The notes under the pieces were generated by a model that searched no databases, was not told the DNA's origin, and saw only the letters and a list, made by a program, of their open reading frames with translations. Shown one piece after another: positions 27,673 to 38,607 of a stretch of DNA of 64,000 nt. How positions within the stretch are numbered: the first letter of the stretch is position 1; each line of letters starts with the position of its first letter. A program made the translations under genes and the position numbers. The DNA comes from an uncultured Gammaproteobacteria bacterium. GTDB lineage: Bacteria > Pseudomonadota > Gammaproteobacteria > DRLM01. Location: the NCBI GenBank assembly GCA_963729605.1, contig CAVSNY010000005.1:160001-224000 (forward strand). The letters are read 5' to 3'.

Positions 27673-28707
27673 GTGGCCAAACACATCCTATTTCTCGTGC
27701 ACGGCATGGGCGACACCCAGCCCGGCTGGTCGCAAGACATCCAACAAGTCATCCGCAACAGCTACGCGTGTTATCCCGGTCTCAGTCTGCTGGTGCCTTT
27801 CGACAACACATTCAGCTTTTGCGAAATCAATTACAACGACAAATTCGACGCCCGCCGCAAGGCCTGGGCGCAGAATGCGCAAACCGTGCTGAGCGCCCTC
27901 GCCCAAAGCGGGCTCGACGCGCCGGCGGTGAAACTGCTCACCACCTATTCGGCGGAGACCGGCAAGGAAAACTTTCTCGCCACCCATGTGCTGGACGTGC
28001 TGCTCTACCGCTTCATTCCGCAAATCGCCGAGCAGATCCGCACCTCGGTGCAAAAACAGATTTTACAGGCACTCGCCGCCCAGCCCGAGAACGAGACCAT
28101 CAACTGGTCGATCATCGCCCACTCGCTCGGCACCGCCGTCACTCACGACACCTTGCACGCCATGTACAGCGGCGGTGGCTTGCCGCCCAGCGTCACCCGG
28201 CCCAAGGTGATAGCGATGATCGCCAATGTCAGCCGGGTGTTGGAGACCGGCGCCGATGTCTACACCTCCAAGGTCCATGCCTGCATCGATCCGACTAAAG
28301 GCATCTGCGATTATTTTCTCAACGCCCGCCACGAATGGGACCCGATACCGGTGCCCAAACAATTCAAACCGGTGGACGACTGGCCGGACCTCGCGACCCG
28401 CCGCGAGCAGCGTTTCCAGAATCTGGCCATCAACGCCATTGAGGCGAAGAACGTCCACGACTTCGCCCACTATTTGAAAAATCCCAAAGTGCATATCCCA
28501 CTGTTCCGCGCCCTGACCTGGAACAAGCTCATCGACGAGGCCAGCGCCGCCAGCGCCATCGCCCAATATGAGGCCAGCACCCCGCTCGCCCAATTCCAGA
28601 GCTTGACCACCAAGCTTAAACAGCTGTGGCCCAACGAACAGGCGAGCTGGAAGGAAATCATCACCTGCTTCCGTAAATTCCAGGAACTGGTTAAGAGCGA
28701 CATTTGA
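27673..28707 (+). CDS. Alpha/beta-hydrolase fold protein (lipase-like)
   Basis: LVHGMG oxyanion region, AHSLG nucleophile elbow, WDP (Asp) and VHDF (His) candidates; no signal peptide. Confidence 0.75.
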   Translation: MAKHILFLVHGMGDTQPGWSQDIQQVIRNSYACYPGLSLLVPFDNTFSFCEINYNDKFDARRKAWAQNAQTVLSALAQSGLDAPAVKLLTTYSAETGKENFLATHVLDVLLYRFIPQIAEQIRTSVQKQILQALAAQPENETINWSIIAHSLGTAVTHDTLHAMYSGGGLPPSVTRPKVIAMIANVSRVLETGADVYTSKVHACIDPTKGICDYFLNARHEWDPIPVPKQFKPVDDWPDLATRREQRFQNLAINAIEAKNVHDFAHYLKNPKVHIPLFRALTWNKLIDEASAASAIAQYEASTPLAQFQSLTTKLKQLWPNEQASWKEIITCFRKFQELVKSDI

Positions 28708-28718
28708 GGGAATCCACC

Positions 28719-29903
28719 ATGCATGCCACCCCATTCCGCGCATTCATTTTTTTATTGTGGCTACTGCCCGTCGCCGCTCAGGCGCAAGACGACGCCTGCG
28801 CCGCCATCGACGCGCCGCCCATCGCCACCACCGTGGCGCCGCGTGACCGCCTCAACGCCTTGGAACAGCGCGACTGCCTCGGCGGCGGTCTGGACAAAGC
28901 CGATCTCACCCGCGACATCGTGAGCGGATTACCCGACGGCCGCGCGCCGCGCAGCCCCGGCGTCAGCGACGAGGAACGCCGCGCCGCGACCTTGCATGCC
29001 TTGGACAAAATCAACGCGGCGATAACCGCGCAAATCACCGCCTTGCCCGCCGGCGTGGAGGCCGCCGGCGGCGAACGTCTGCGCACTCTGCAAAACGCCT
29101 TGCTCGCCGCGCGCGACAAGATCGCGACCGGCGGCGAAGGAGAAGGCCTGCACCGTCCCGTCTACTGGAAGTTCGATCCCAACAGCGGCGGCTTCAAACA
29201 ACTGCAAGAAGGCGCGCCGCATATCGACATCTCGCTGCATCGAGGTTTCCTCGACGAGGCCTGCGTCGAACGGGACAGTGCCTTGTGCGCCGACACCTAT
29301 GCGGCGAGCCAGCAAATCGTGCGCGACGCGCGCCTGATAGAACGCACGCTGACGTATTATGCCGCGCCGATCATCGACATGAATTATCGCGAGGCGCTCA
29401 AACGCGACAAACAATGGGACGCCTATTTCGACGAAGCGCTGTTTCAATATCCCTGGGAACTGGTCCTCAACGGCCTGTGGATCAACAAACACGACCCACG
29501 GCCGCGGGACGCGGCGGGCAATCCCCTGGGATTTCTCCCCCCGCCCAGCGCGCAGTGGATCATCTTCCATCCCAACGTGGGTTTCGAATATCTCGGCGGC
29601 GCGGCGGACGGCAATCAATTCGAGCCCACCGTGTTCGTCGAACTGATCGGCTACAACCGCTGGCGCTGGAGCGCCGCGGGTGAAATCGAAAACGCCCTCG
29701 GCATCTCGCTCATCGCCAACTACAGCGACCGCGCCGGCGCCGACGACGTCGGTTACGGCGTGATGCTGCACTACCGCAACAGCTGGTCACTCGCCGTCAC
29801 CCGCCACGACGAGGAAACCGGCGTGCTGCTGAGCACCGATCTCGCCCAATACGTCAGCAGCACGTCGGACAAAGCGCGCAAATTATTGCGTTTTGGAAAA
29901 TGA
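28719..29903 (+). CDS. Secreted hypothetical protein, possibly with a C-terminal beta-strand/membrane region
   Basis: Sec signal (AAQA), Cys pairs, helical N-terminal part, beta-rich C-terminus; closely follows the hydrolase gene. Confidence 0.7.
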   Translation: MHATPFRAFIFLLWLLPVAAQAQDDACAAIDAPPIATTVAPRDRLNALEQRDCLGGGLDKADLTRDIVSGLPDGRAPRSPGVSDEERRAATLHALDKINAAITAQITALPAGVEAAGGERLRTLQNALLAARDKIATGGEGEGLHRPVYWKFDPNSGGFKQLQEGAPHIDISLHRGFLDEACVERDSALCADTYAASQQIVRDARLIERTLTYYAAPIIDMNYREALKRDKQWDAYFDEALFQYPWELVLNGLWINKHDPRPRDAAGNPLGFLPPPSAQWIIFHPNVGFEYLGGAADGNQFEPTVFVELIGYNRWRWSAAGEIENALGISLIANYSDRAGADDVGYGVMLHYRNSWSLAVTRHDEETGVLLSTDLAQYVSSTSDKARKLLRFGK

Positions 29904-30116
29904 AAATATCGGCGGTGGCGCCATTCGTCGAACCGGCAATCTAATCTACCGCGGCGTTTCTCAGGAAGGGGGGTCGAAACCCTCATCCCTGCCCTAGGGG
30001 CCCCTCCCTTCTTATGACAAAGGGGGATGACACTTCCAACATCGATCACCACGCCACACTCGGATATGAAGTCAAACGCGAAAGGGCCCCACCGGCGCCG
30101 GACGTTCATCAACGAA

Positions 30117-31070
30117 TCACGCGACCCGATTACGCATCTCCCCGGCGAGGAAAGCCCGGATATTGGCGGCGACTTCCCGCACCAGCCGTTGCCGCGCCTC
30201 GCGGCTGGCCCAGGCGATGTGCGGCGTGACGATGAGATTGGGAATGTCCGCCGCCAGCAATGGATTCCCAGCGACCGGCGGCTCGGTAGTGAGCACGTCG
30301 ATGCCCGCGCCGCCGAGACGCCCCGCACGCAGCGCATCGGCGAGGGCCTGTTCGTCAACGATGCCGCCGCGGGCGGTGTTGATCAGCACTGCGGTAGATT
30401 TCATGAGAGCGAGTTCCGCGGCGCCGATGAGGCCGCGGGTCTGCGCATTGAGCGGCAGGTGCAGGCTAAGCGCGTCGACCTGCGGCAACAGGGCGTGCAA
30501 TGGCAGGCCTTCCCGCCCAACGGAACCGCCGTCGCGCGTGGCGATGAGAATACGCATGCCGAAGGCCTCGGCGACCTGCGCGACGGCGCGGCCGAGCTCG
30601 CCGTAGCCGACGATGCCGAGCGTGCTACCGTGGAGTTCGCCGATTGGAAAATCCAGCATCGTGAACTGTGGACTCCGCTGCCAGCCGCCCGCGCTCACGG
30701 CGTCGCGATAAGCCGGCAATCGCCGGCGCAGGCTTAGGAGCAATGCAAAGACATGCTCGACCACCGAGGCCGTGGCGTAGTTGCGCACATTGCAGACCAC
30801 AATGCCGCGGTTGCGCGCCGCCTCGAGATCGACGTTGTTAGTACCGGTCGCCGAGATGCAGATGAGTCGCAACTTGGGTGCGCGCGCCAGTGCCGCGGCG
30901 TCGAGCATAGCCTTGTTGCTGACTACCACATCGGCCTCGGCGATACGCTCGCCGACCTCGGTATCGCGCGTCCGCCCGTGAAACACCCAGTCGGGTAAGG
31001 TAATAGCCAAAGGGGTGATATCGATGTCGCCTCCGTCGAGCGCATCGCGATCCAGAAAAACGCCCCGCAT
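30117..31070 (-). CDS. D-2-hydroxyacid dehydrogenase (glycerate dehydrogenase/HprA-like)
   Basis: ATGTNNVD, GYGELG, INTARGG, DVLTTEPP, TPHIAW. Confidence 0.9.
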   Translation of the reverse strand: MRGVFLDRDALDGGDIDITPLAITLPDWVFHGRTRDTEVGERIAEADVVVSNKAMLDAAALARAPKLRLICISATGTNNVDLEAARNRGIVVCNVRNYATASVVEHVFALLLSLRRRLPAYRDAVSAGGWQRSPQFTMLDFPIGELHGSTLGIVGYGELGRAVAQVAEAFGMRILIATRDGGSVGREGLPLHALLPQVDALSLHLPLNAQTRGLIGAAELALMKSTAVLINTARGGIVDEQALADALRAGRLGGAGIDVLTTEPPVAGNPLLAADIPNLIVTPHIAWASREARQRLVREVAANIRAFLAGEMRNRVA

Positions 31071-31192
31071 TGCTGCCTCCTAGTAATCGCGCCAATGAAA
31101 ATAAAGAAGAGTATACGGCGCTGCCGTGTTTCACGCAGCTGCACGGTTCTTGCATCGTACCGTGGACCTACAATTCACGAAAGGAGCTCGTC

Positions 31193-32053
31193 ATGGCCAA
31201 GCAGAAACAGCAATTTCCGCCGCAGCAGCAGGGACAACAGCCCGGAAAAGAATCCAAAATGCAGCCCGATCCGGCAAGCATGGCGCCGTTTTATCGCGGC
31301 AGCGGGAAATTACAGGATCAGGTCGCGCTCATCACCGGCGGCGACAGCGGCATCGGTCGCGCCGTGGCGATTTTGTTCGCGCGCGAGGGCGCCGACGTCG
31401 CCATCGCCTATCTCAATGAACACGACGATGCGGAGGAAACCCGCCGCCTCGTCGAGGAGGAAGGCCGCCGCGCCATTACCATTGCCGGCGACATTGGCGA
31501 CCCGCAATTCTGCAAGGAGGCGGTGACCAAAACCGTCGAAGAATTCGGATGTCTGACCCTGCTCGTGAACAACGCCGCGGAACAGCACGTGTGCGAACAG
31601 ATCACCGAGATAAGCGACCAGCAGCTCGAACGTACTTTCCGCACCAATATCTTCAGCATGTTTTACCTGACGCGGGCCGCGCTGCCACACTTGTCGGAAA
31701 ACGCGGCGATCATCAACACCACGTCGATCACCGCCTATCACGGCCATGCGCAATTATTGGATTATTCCTCGACCAAGGGCGCGATCGTCGCTTTTACCCG
31801 TTCGCTCGCGCTCAATCTCGCCGAACGCGGCATTCGCGTCAACGCCGTCGCGCCCGGCCCGATCTGGACACCGCTGATTCCCGCGTCGTTCGATGCCGAA
31901 AAGGTAAAGAAATTTGGCAGCAACACGCCGATGAAACGGGCCGGCCAGCCTGAAGAAGTGGCGCCGTGCTTCGTCTTCCTCGCCGCCCAGGATTCAAAAT
32001 ATATGAGCGGTCAAGTGTTGCATCCCAACGGAGGACAAGTCATCAACGGCTGA
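31193..32053 (+). CDS. SDR oxidoreductase, general stress protein 39 / YhxC-like
   Basis: PPQQQ..QPG.E..M.P, TGGDSGIG, LVNNAAEQ, YSSTKG, GQVLHPNGG; AAGGAG RBS. Confidence 0.9.
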   Translation: MAKQKQQFPPQQQGQQPGKESKMQPDPASMAPFYRGSGKLQDQVALITGGDSGIGRAVAILFAREGADVAIAYLNEHDDAEETRRLVEEEGRRAITIAGDIGDPQFCKEAVTKTVEEFGCLTLLVNNAAEQHVCEQITEISDQQLERTFRTNIFSMFYLTRAALPHLSENAAIINTTSITAYHGHAQLLDYSSTKGAIVAFTRSLALNLAERGIRVNAVAPGPIWTPLIPASFDAEKVKKFGSNTPMKRAGQPEEVAPCFVFLAAQDSKYMSGQVLHPNGGQVING

Positions 32054-32145
32054 TCACTCGACGGCGGCCCTTGAACCTCCATTCAAGCGCCGCCGCGACT
32101 TGCAACGATTCCAGCCCCGTTGTAATTTCTACAACTGAAATATCC

Positions 32146-32491
32146 TCAATGATCGGTCATCAGCCGTATCACCGTATCCCCCGACGCTTTGTCGATCAAC
32201 AACTCTATTTGACAATATTCGGGAAGCTCGCCAACCGGCGTAGGATCGTCCGCGCAACTGCAACCGGCGATGATCGCGCTATAGAAAATCCCCAGTTTCA
32301 CCCGCAAAAACGCGGCTTCCTCTGTGGCGGAAATGAGCATCGCCCTGAACTTGGCGTCAGTGACATAACTGCCTTGCGACAAAGCTTGTTGCAAAGGAAG
32401 CAGGCCGGCATCGAGTTCTTCGATCTCGCCGCGCAGCCGCGTTTCGAAAGCGGGAGTGCCCCAGACGGCCAATGATTCGCGCAGATTGATC
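32146..32491 (-). CDS. Hypothetical protein with a GCSCADDP motif
   Basis: MINLRESL..W...F...LPLQQ.L..GS...IFY..IIAGCSCADDPTP; start uncertain. Confidence 0.65.
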
Positions 32492-32544
32492 ATCTTTGCT
32501 CGCGGATTAATTACAAAAACAGGGACCGATGCGTGCAACGCGAT

Positions 32545-32648
32545 CCGCCGCATGCAGGTGCCGCTGTTGGATCAATACGCGTCCCTCTCCATTTCCGTTT
32601 ATCATCTTACAAACATGCGGCGGAACGCCCTTCGGGCTTCCGCCCTAC
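32545..32648. repeat. GTAG-type REP palindrome with inverted partner (REPIN-like)
   Basis: Minus strand GTAGGGCGGAAGCCCGAAGGGCGTTCCGCCG; ccgccgcatg ... catgcggcgg inverted pair. Confidence 0.55.
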
Positions 32649-32689
32649 CTCGCTTTAACAAATAGACTTCGTATCTGCCTCACCCATTC

Positions 32690-34432
32690 TTATAACAAAT
32701 CCACATGTTCCACCAGCAACTGCGCGCTGCGCTGGCCGCGGTATTCGTTGATATCGAGCTTATAGGCGAGTTGGACACGCGCGGTTTGCGGCGGCCACTC
32801 CGCGTCGAGGGTATTGAAGGCGATGGCGTCGAACACGGCGTCGTGCCCCGGCGACTTCACCACCATTTTGAGATGGCGTTCACCGACGATGCGGCGCTGG
32901 ACGATTTCAAAATGGCCGTCGAACAGCGGTTCGGGAAAGGCCTGGCCCCACGGTCCCGCGCCGCGCAGCAACTCGGCCATTTCCAGATTCATGTCTTCGG
33001 GCGCCAGCTCGCCATCGCTGAGGATGACGCCGCGCAAATCCTCCGGCGCCAGGTGGCGGCGTACTTCTTCGTCGAAGGCGGCGCTGAAAGCGGCGAAATT
33101 TTCCCGCACCAAAGAGAGTCCGGCCGCCATGGCGTGGCCGCCGAATTTGCTGACCAGGCCGGGATGATGCGCGGCCACCGCATCCAGCACGTCGCGGATG
33201 TGCACGCCCTGTACCGAACGTGCCGAACCTTTCAACTCGCCCTCGCCCGATTGGGCGAAGGCGATCACCGGCCGGTGCAAGCGGTCTTTGATGCGCGAGG
33301 CGAGGATGCCGATCACGCCTTGATGCCAATGTTCCTGATAGATGCACAGGCCGATCGGCAGCGCGGTGTCTTCATCGGAGAGTTGCAACTCGGCGAGGCC
33401 GGCGAGGGCCTCGTCTTGCATTTGGGTTTCGATGACCCGGCGTTCCCGATTGAGTTGATCCAGCCGCGCCGCCATCGCGCGCGCCTCGGCGGGATCGTCG
33501 CTGAGCAGACAATTAATACCCAGCGACATATCCTGCAAACGGCCCGCCGCGTTGAGACGCGGCCCGACCGCGAAGCCCAGATCGGCGGCGACCAATTGCC
33601 GCGGATCGCGGCCGGCGATGTCGAGCAGCGCGCGGATACCGGCGTTGCAGCGGCCGGCGCGGATGCGCGCCAAACCCTGGCTCACCAGAATGCGATTGTT
33701 GTGGTCGAGCGGCACCACATCGGCCACCGTGCCCAGCGCGACGAGATCGAGCAGTTGTCCGAGATTGGGATCGGCGATGCCGGCGCGGGCGAACCACTGC
33801 ATCTCGCGCAGCCGCGCGCGCAAGGCCAGCATCACGTAGAAAATCACGCCGACGCCGGCGAGATGTTTGCTGGGAAACCCATCGCCGGTTTGATTGGGAT
33901 TGACGATGGCGTCGGCCTCGGGCAAAGATGCGCCGGGCAAATGGTGATCGGTGACCAATACCCGCATGCCGCGCGCCTTGGCCGCGGCGACGCCTTCCAC
34001 GCTGGAAATACCGTTATCCACGGTGATGAGCAGGCGCGGCTGCTGTTCCGCGGCGACCGCGACGATTTCCGGCGTCAACCCGTAACCGTATTCAAAACGA
34101 TTGGGCACCACGAAACGCACGTCGTGCGCGCCCAGCAGACGCAGCGCCCGCACCGCCACCGCGCAACTGGTGGCGCCGTCGGCGTCGAAATCGGCGACGA
34201 TGAGCATGCGTTGCCGCTCGCGCAACGCATCCACCAACAATTCAACGGCGTCTTCGATACCTTTTAAACTGGTGTAAGGCAACAAGCCTTCCAAGGAACA
34301 GACCAATTCCCGCTCGCTACGTAACTGGCGCGCGGTGTAGATCCGCCGCAATACCGGATGGAGATGAGCGGGCAAGGTGTGGCCGCTATCGGCCGTCTCG
34401 CGCCGGACGATGATTTTTCTCATGGGTCCCAC
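32690..34432 (-). CDS. recJ: Single-stranded-DNA-specific exonuclease RecJ
   Basis: DFDADG, PNRF..GYG, TVDNG, TDHH, GTVADVV, PRLNAAGRL, GGHAMAAG. Confidence 0.97.
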   Translation of the reverse strand: MGPMRKIIVRRETADSGHTLPAHLHPVLRRIYTARQLRSERELVCSLEGLLPYTSLKGIEDAVELLVDALRERQRMLIVADFDADGATSCAVAVRALRLLGAHDVRFVVPNRFEYGYGLTPEIVAVAAEQQPRLLITVDNGISSVEGVAAAKARGMRVLVTDHHLPGASLPEADAIVNPNQTGDGFPSKHLAGVGVIFYVMLALRARLREMQWFARAGIADPNLGQLLDLVALGTVADVVPLDHNNRILVSQGLARIRAGRCNAGIRALLDIAGRDPRQLVAADLGFAVGPRLNAAGRLQDMSLGINCLLSDDPAEARAMAARLDQLNRERRVIETQMQDEALAGLAELQLSDEDTALPIGLCIYQEHWHQGVIGILASRIKDRLHRPVIAFAQSGEGELKGSARSVQGVHIRDVLDAVAAHHPGLVSKFGGHAMAAGLSLVRENFAAFSAAFDEEVRRHLAPEDLRGVILSDGELAPEDMNLEMAELLRGAGPWGQAFPEPLFDGHFEIVQRRIVGERHLKMVVKSPGHDAVFDAIAFNTLDAEWPPQTARVQLAYKLDINEYRGQRSAQLLVEHVDLL

Positions 34433-34457
34433 TTAAATCTCAGTTGCGAAGGCGTGG

Positions 34458-35107
34458 AGTTGTTACATTAGCTGAATTATTGATCTCTCGGTAAACCCTC
34501 GTTTCTTACCACCCCGCCCCTGCGGGGGCACCACAGGCGTGATCTCTTTCACCTCGCGGAGTAACCTCACCACCCCGCCCCTGCGGGGCACCCCTCCTCG
34601 AAAATGAGGAGGGGAAAAAACAATCTCCCCTCCTTTTCAAGGAGGGGTACCCCCGAAGGGGGTGGGGTGGTGCGCTTCAAGACCCACCCGTCCTAGCATC
34701 TTTCATCAATACACCTCGTCCGCTTCGCAGCCGACCCTCTCAGCAAAAAAGCAAACCACCCCGGCCCTGCGGGCCACCCCTCCTTAGGACAAGGAGGGGA
34801 TAACATCACGGCGACCGCCGCAGTTGTTACATTAGCTGGATTGTTGATTTCTCGGTAAACCCGTTTCTCACCACCCCGGGGCCTATCCCCAAAATGAGGG
34901 GAAGATGACACTCCCCTCCTCTTCGAGGAGGGGTGCCCCCGAAGGGGGTGGGGTGGTGCGCTTCAAGACCCACCCGTCCTAGCATCTTTCATCAATACAC
35001 CCCGTCCGCTTCGCAGCCGACCCTCTTAGCAAAAAAGCAAACCACCCCGGCCCTGCGGGCCACCCCTCCTTAGGACAAGGAGGGGATAACATCACGGCGA
35101 CCGCCGC
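34458..35107. repeat. Tandem duplication (units 34458-34821 and 34822-35107) built from ACCACCCC...CCCCTCC..GGAGGGG REP-like hairpins
   Basis: Both units start agttgttacattagctg and end cacggcgaccgccgc; a ~180-bp block is near-identical at offset 286. Confidence 0.9.
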
Positions 35108-35148
35108 ACCGGTCAAACTCCGATGAGGCCCCGGGCAGAGCCGAGGGT

Positions 35149-36210
35149 TTACCTCAATGAATTATCGCCGCACCACGTCGCCATCGGCCGCCGTCGTACC
35201 CACCAGCGGCGCGCGGCGCGGCGGTCGAGCATGAAACTCCCGCTCTGCGCCAAATGCAGTGTGATATTCGCAACCCGGCCTTGTTGCACCGCGCGATACA
35301 GCGGCGTCAGCCAAGCGTCTTGCACCCCCTGCACGAAGCGTTGCCAGGTATCCACGTCCGCGCCTTGCGCGGCCTCGCGGCCGCCGTCCAACACCGCGAG
35401 ATGCGCACCCGGCGTTTCGTCCTCCAACCATTCCGCCGCGTCGGCCGGCACGCTGGAATGCGGCACGCCGGTCATGGCGGCCAAACCCGCGGCCAAGCCC
35501 TCATTGCTCCACACCTGCGACCAGACGCCGCGCGGCATATCCGGCAGCACGCCGCCGCCCCAAAACCACAGGCTGTTCACCGCCGCCGCGCCGCGCCGCT
35601 CCCGCGCCTGATTGACGGCGCTGGCGTGCAACATCATTTGCACTTCGTTCAATAAGCTGCGCCAACGCCGCGCGTTGGCGCCTTGCGGCATGGCGGGTAA
35701 GATGTCTTGGCCGATCACTTCGCCGAGCGGTGTCGTGAACAGGTGCGGATCGTCGTTCAAACGTAAATACCAGCGGCGGGCGTTGGCGGCCTCCAGCTCC
35801 CAACCCTCTTCGCGGAACAGCCCGTTGAGTTCGCTCACCAGTTGCAGCGATTCATCGGCGGCGATGTCCAGCAAGGTATTGCCCAGCATCACCACCCGAT
35901 CGCGGTCGGCGCGCACCAGCACCGGGTCGGCGCGCAGCCAGTAAAACCCGCCGGCATCGCGTTTATCCAGTTGGCGGGTCACCGCGGCGACCGGCGCGTC
36001 GCGCTCGTTATCCAGCGGCATGCCGAACAAGGCAAACAAACTGCGTTCCATGTCCTGCCCAGCCGCGCTCACCCGCTCGGCGCGCGTCAAGAAGCGCTCC
36101 AAATCCGGCAATGACATGGTTTCCCACAGCGGCGCGCGGCCTTGCGGCAACGCCGGACCGAACAAGCCGGGCACGAGCAAGGTCAAGGATCGCGTCTTAG
36201 TTTTTTTCAT
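35149..36210 (-). CDS. Conserved hypothetical protein (cofactor-independent phosphoglycerate mutase-like), upstream of recJ
   Basis: WLRADPV, W..LLNEVQM.LH...VN..R..RG...VNSLWFWGGG. Confidence 0.7.
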   Translation of the reverse strand: MKKTKTRSLTLLVPGLFGPALPQGRAPLWETMSLPDLERFLTRAERVSAAGQDMERSLFALFGMPLDNERDAPVAAVTRQLDKRDAGGFYWLRADPVLVRADRDRVVMLGNTLLDIAADESLQLVSELNGLFREEGWELEAANARRWYLRLNDDPHLFTTPLGEVIGQDILPAMPQGANARRWRSLLNEVQMMLHASAVNQARERRGAAAVNSLWFWGGGVLPDMPRGVWSQVWSNEGLAAGLAAMTGVPHSSVPADAAEWLEDETPGAHLAVLDGGREAAQGADVDTWQRFVQGVQDAWLTPLYRAVQQGRVANITLHLAQSGSFMLDRRAARRWWVRRRPMATWCGDNSLR

Positions 36211-37576
36211 GCGCCCGTTCCGTCTCGCTCGCCGCGACAGTCCATTCGAACACTAGGCCGCGCTCATCCCCGTCGGCGTGAAAAGGCGCGCACACCCAAT
36301 AGTCCGCCACCGCCGCCAAACGCTCGCCCACGTACAGCAAAGGGATGCGCTCGCGCAGCCACGGCGGCACGCCGCGCTCCTGCAATAATTTTTTCAAAGG
36401 ACGGGTCGCTCCCCGCGGCGAAATTTGGCAGTGTTCGCCGCCTTGGCGGAAACGCACGGTGACGGCTTGATCGCACAACGCCGCCTTCGCGCCTTTACCC
36501 AGCGCGGGCAGCGCGCTGAGCGACGTGCCGTCGGGCAGCCGCAAAAGGCCGCGCAGATCCCACGTCAAAATCGCGTTCGCATCGCCCGGCGCCGGCGGTA
36601 CGAGTGCGTATAAACGCTCGCGGTAACGGCGCAGCTCCACGCCCTCCCAACTCACCACCGGCACGCGGTCTTGCGCCGCGTGCAAGACATCGCGCTGCAC
36701 ATGGGCGAGCCGCACCGTGTCCGGCAGTGGGTAGCCCAAATTCTTCAACCAATGACGCAAGGCGTTGCGCTGCCGCGCCTCATCCAGCTTCAACAAAGAG
36801 GGAATGTCCAAACACGCGGGCTGTTCGGTGCGGCAAGCTGCAAGGTCCTGGGCGGCGAGGACGTCCAGCAGCTGCGCGGCCTCCGCTTGATGGGCCGCGC
36901 CGCGGGTGAGCACCCGCGCCACCGCCGGCCAGCGGCCGCGCAAAACCGGCAACACCTCGCGCCGCAGATAATTGCGGTCGAAACCGGTGTCGGCATTGCT
37001 CGGATCGTCGATCCAGCGCAAACCCTGCGCCTCGGCGTAGGCTTGCAGTTCCGCGCGGGGAAAGGCCAACAAGGGCCGCGCGTGTCGGCCACGCGCGAAA
37101 GACCCGAGTTCGGGCATGGCGGCGAGGCCGTGCGGTCCGCCGCCGCGCAGCAGTTGCAATAACAGGGTTTCCGCCTGATCGTCTTGATGATGGGCGGTGA
37201 GCAGGCAGTCGCCGGGTTCGATCACCTCGGCGATGGCCCGATAACGCGCCCGGCGCGCGGCCGCCTCCGGGCTCTCGCCGGGCGCGGGCCGGGCATGCAC
37301 GCGCAACGACAGCAATGGCACTTCCAATGCCGCGCACACCGTTTGGCAGTGGCGCGCCCAATCGGCGGATGCGGGCTGCAAGGCGTGATCGACGTGCACC
37401 GCCCGCAAGGGCGCGATTACGCCGCGGCGCTGTAGCTGCGCCGCCGCGTGCAACAACGCGTGGGAATCGCAACCGCCGCTGTAGGCCAGCCAATAACGTT
37501 CTACCGGCGGCAAGCGCCCCAGTATGTCGGCCAGGGTGTCGGGGGAAAAAGACGGCTGGCGGCGGCGCTCATCCAC
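36197..37576 (-). CDS. tilS: tRNA(Ile)-lysidine synthetase
   Basis: AYSGGCDS PP-loop, AARRARY, TAHHQDDQAET, DPSN, RNYLR. Confidence 0.96.
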   Translation of the reverse strand: MDERRRQPSFSPDTLADILGRLPPVERYWLAYSGGCDSHALLHAAAQLQRRGVIAPLRAVHVDHALQPASADWARHCQTVCAALEVPLLSLRVHARPAPGESPEAAARRARYRAIAEVIEPGDCLLTAHHQDDQAETLLLQLLRGGGPHGLAAMPELGSFARGRHARPLLAFPRAELQAYAEAQGLRWIDDPSNADTGFDRNYLRREVLPVLRGRWPAVARVLTRGAAHQAEAAQLLDVLAAQDLAACRTEQPACLDIPSLLKLDEARQRNALRHWLKNLGYPLPDTVRLAHVQRDVLHAAQDRVPVVSWEGVELRRYRERLYALVPPAPGDANAILTWDLRGLLRLPDGTSLSALPALGKGAKAALCDQAVTVRFRQGGEHCQISPRGATRPLKKLLQERGVPPWLRERIPLLYVGERLAAVADYWVCAPFHADGDERGLVFEWTVAASETERAHEKN

Positions 37577-37580
37577 CGGC

Positions 37581-38546
<966 letters not shown>

Positions 38547-38607
38547 GATATCCGTTACTTGTGGGTGGATAGGTTCGCGGCGCCTATTCTAACGTCGCGG
38601 GGCGCGC

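Noticed and set aside
34458-35107. Possible CRISPR array
   Set aside because: Units are long hairpin mosaics with near-identical intervening sequence, not 25-45-bp repeats with unique spacers; no cas genes
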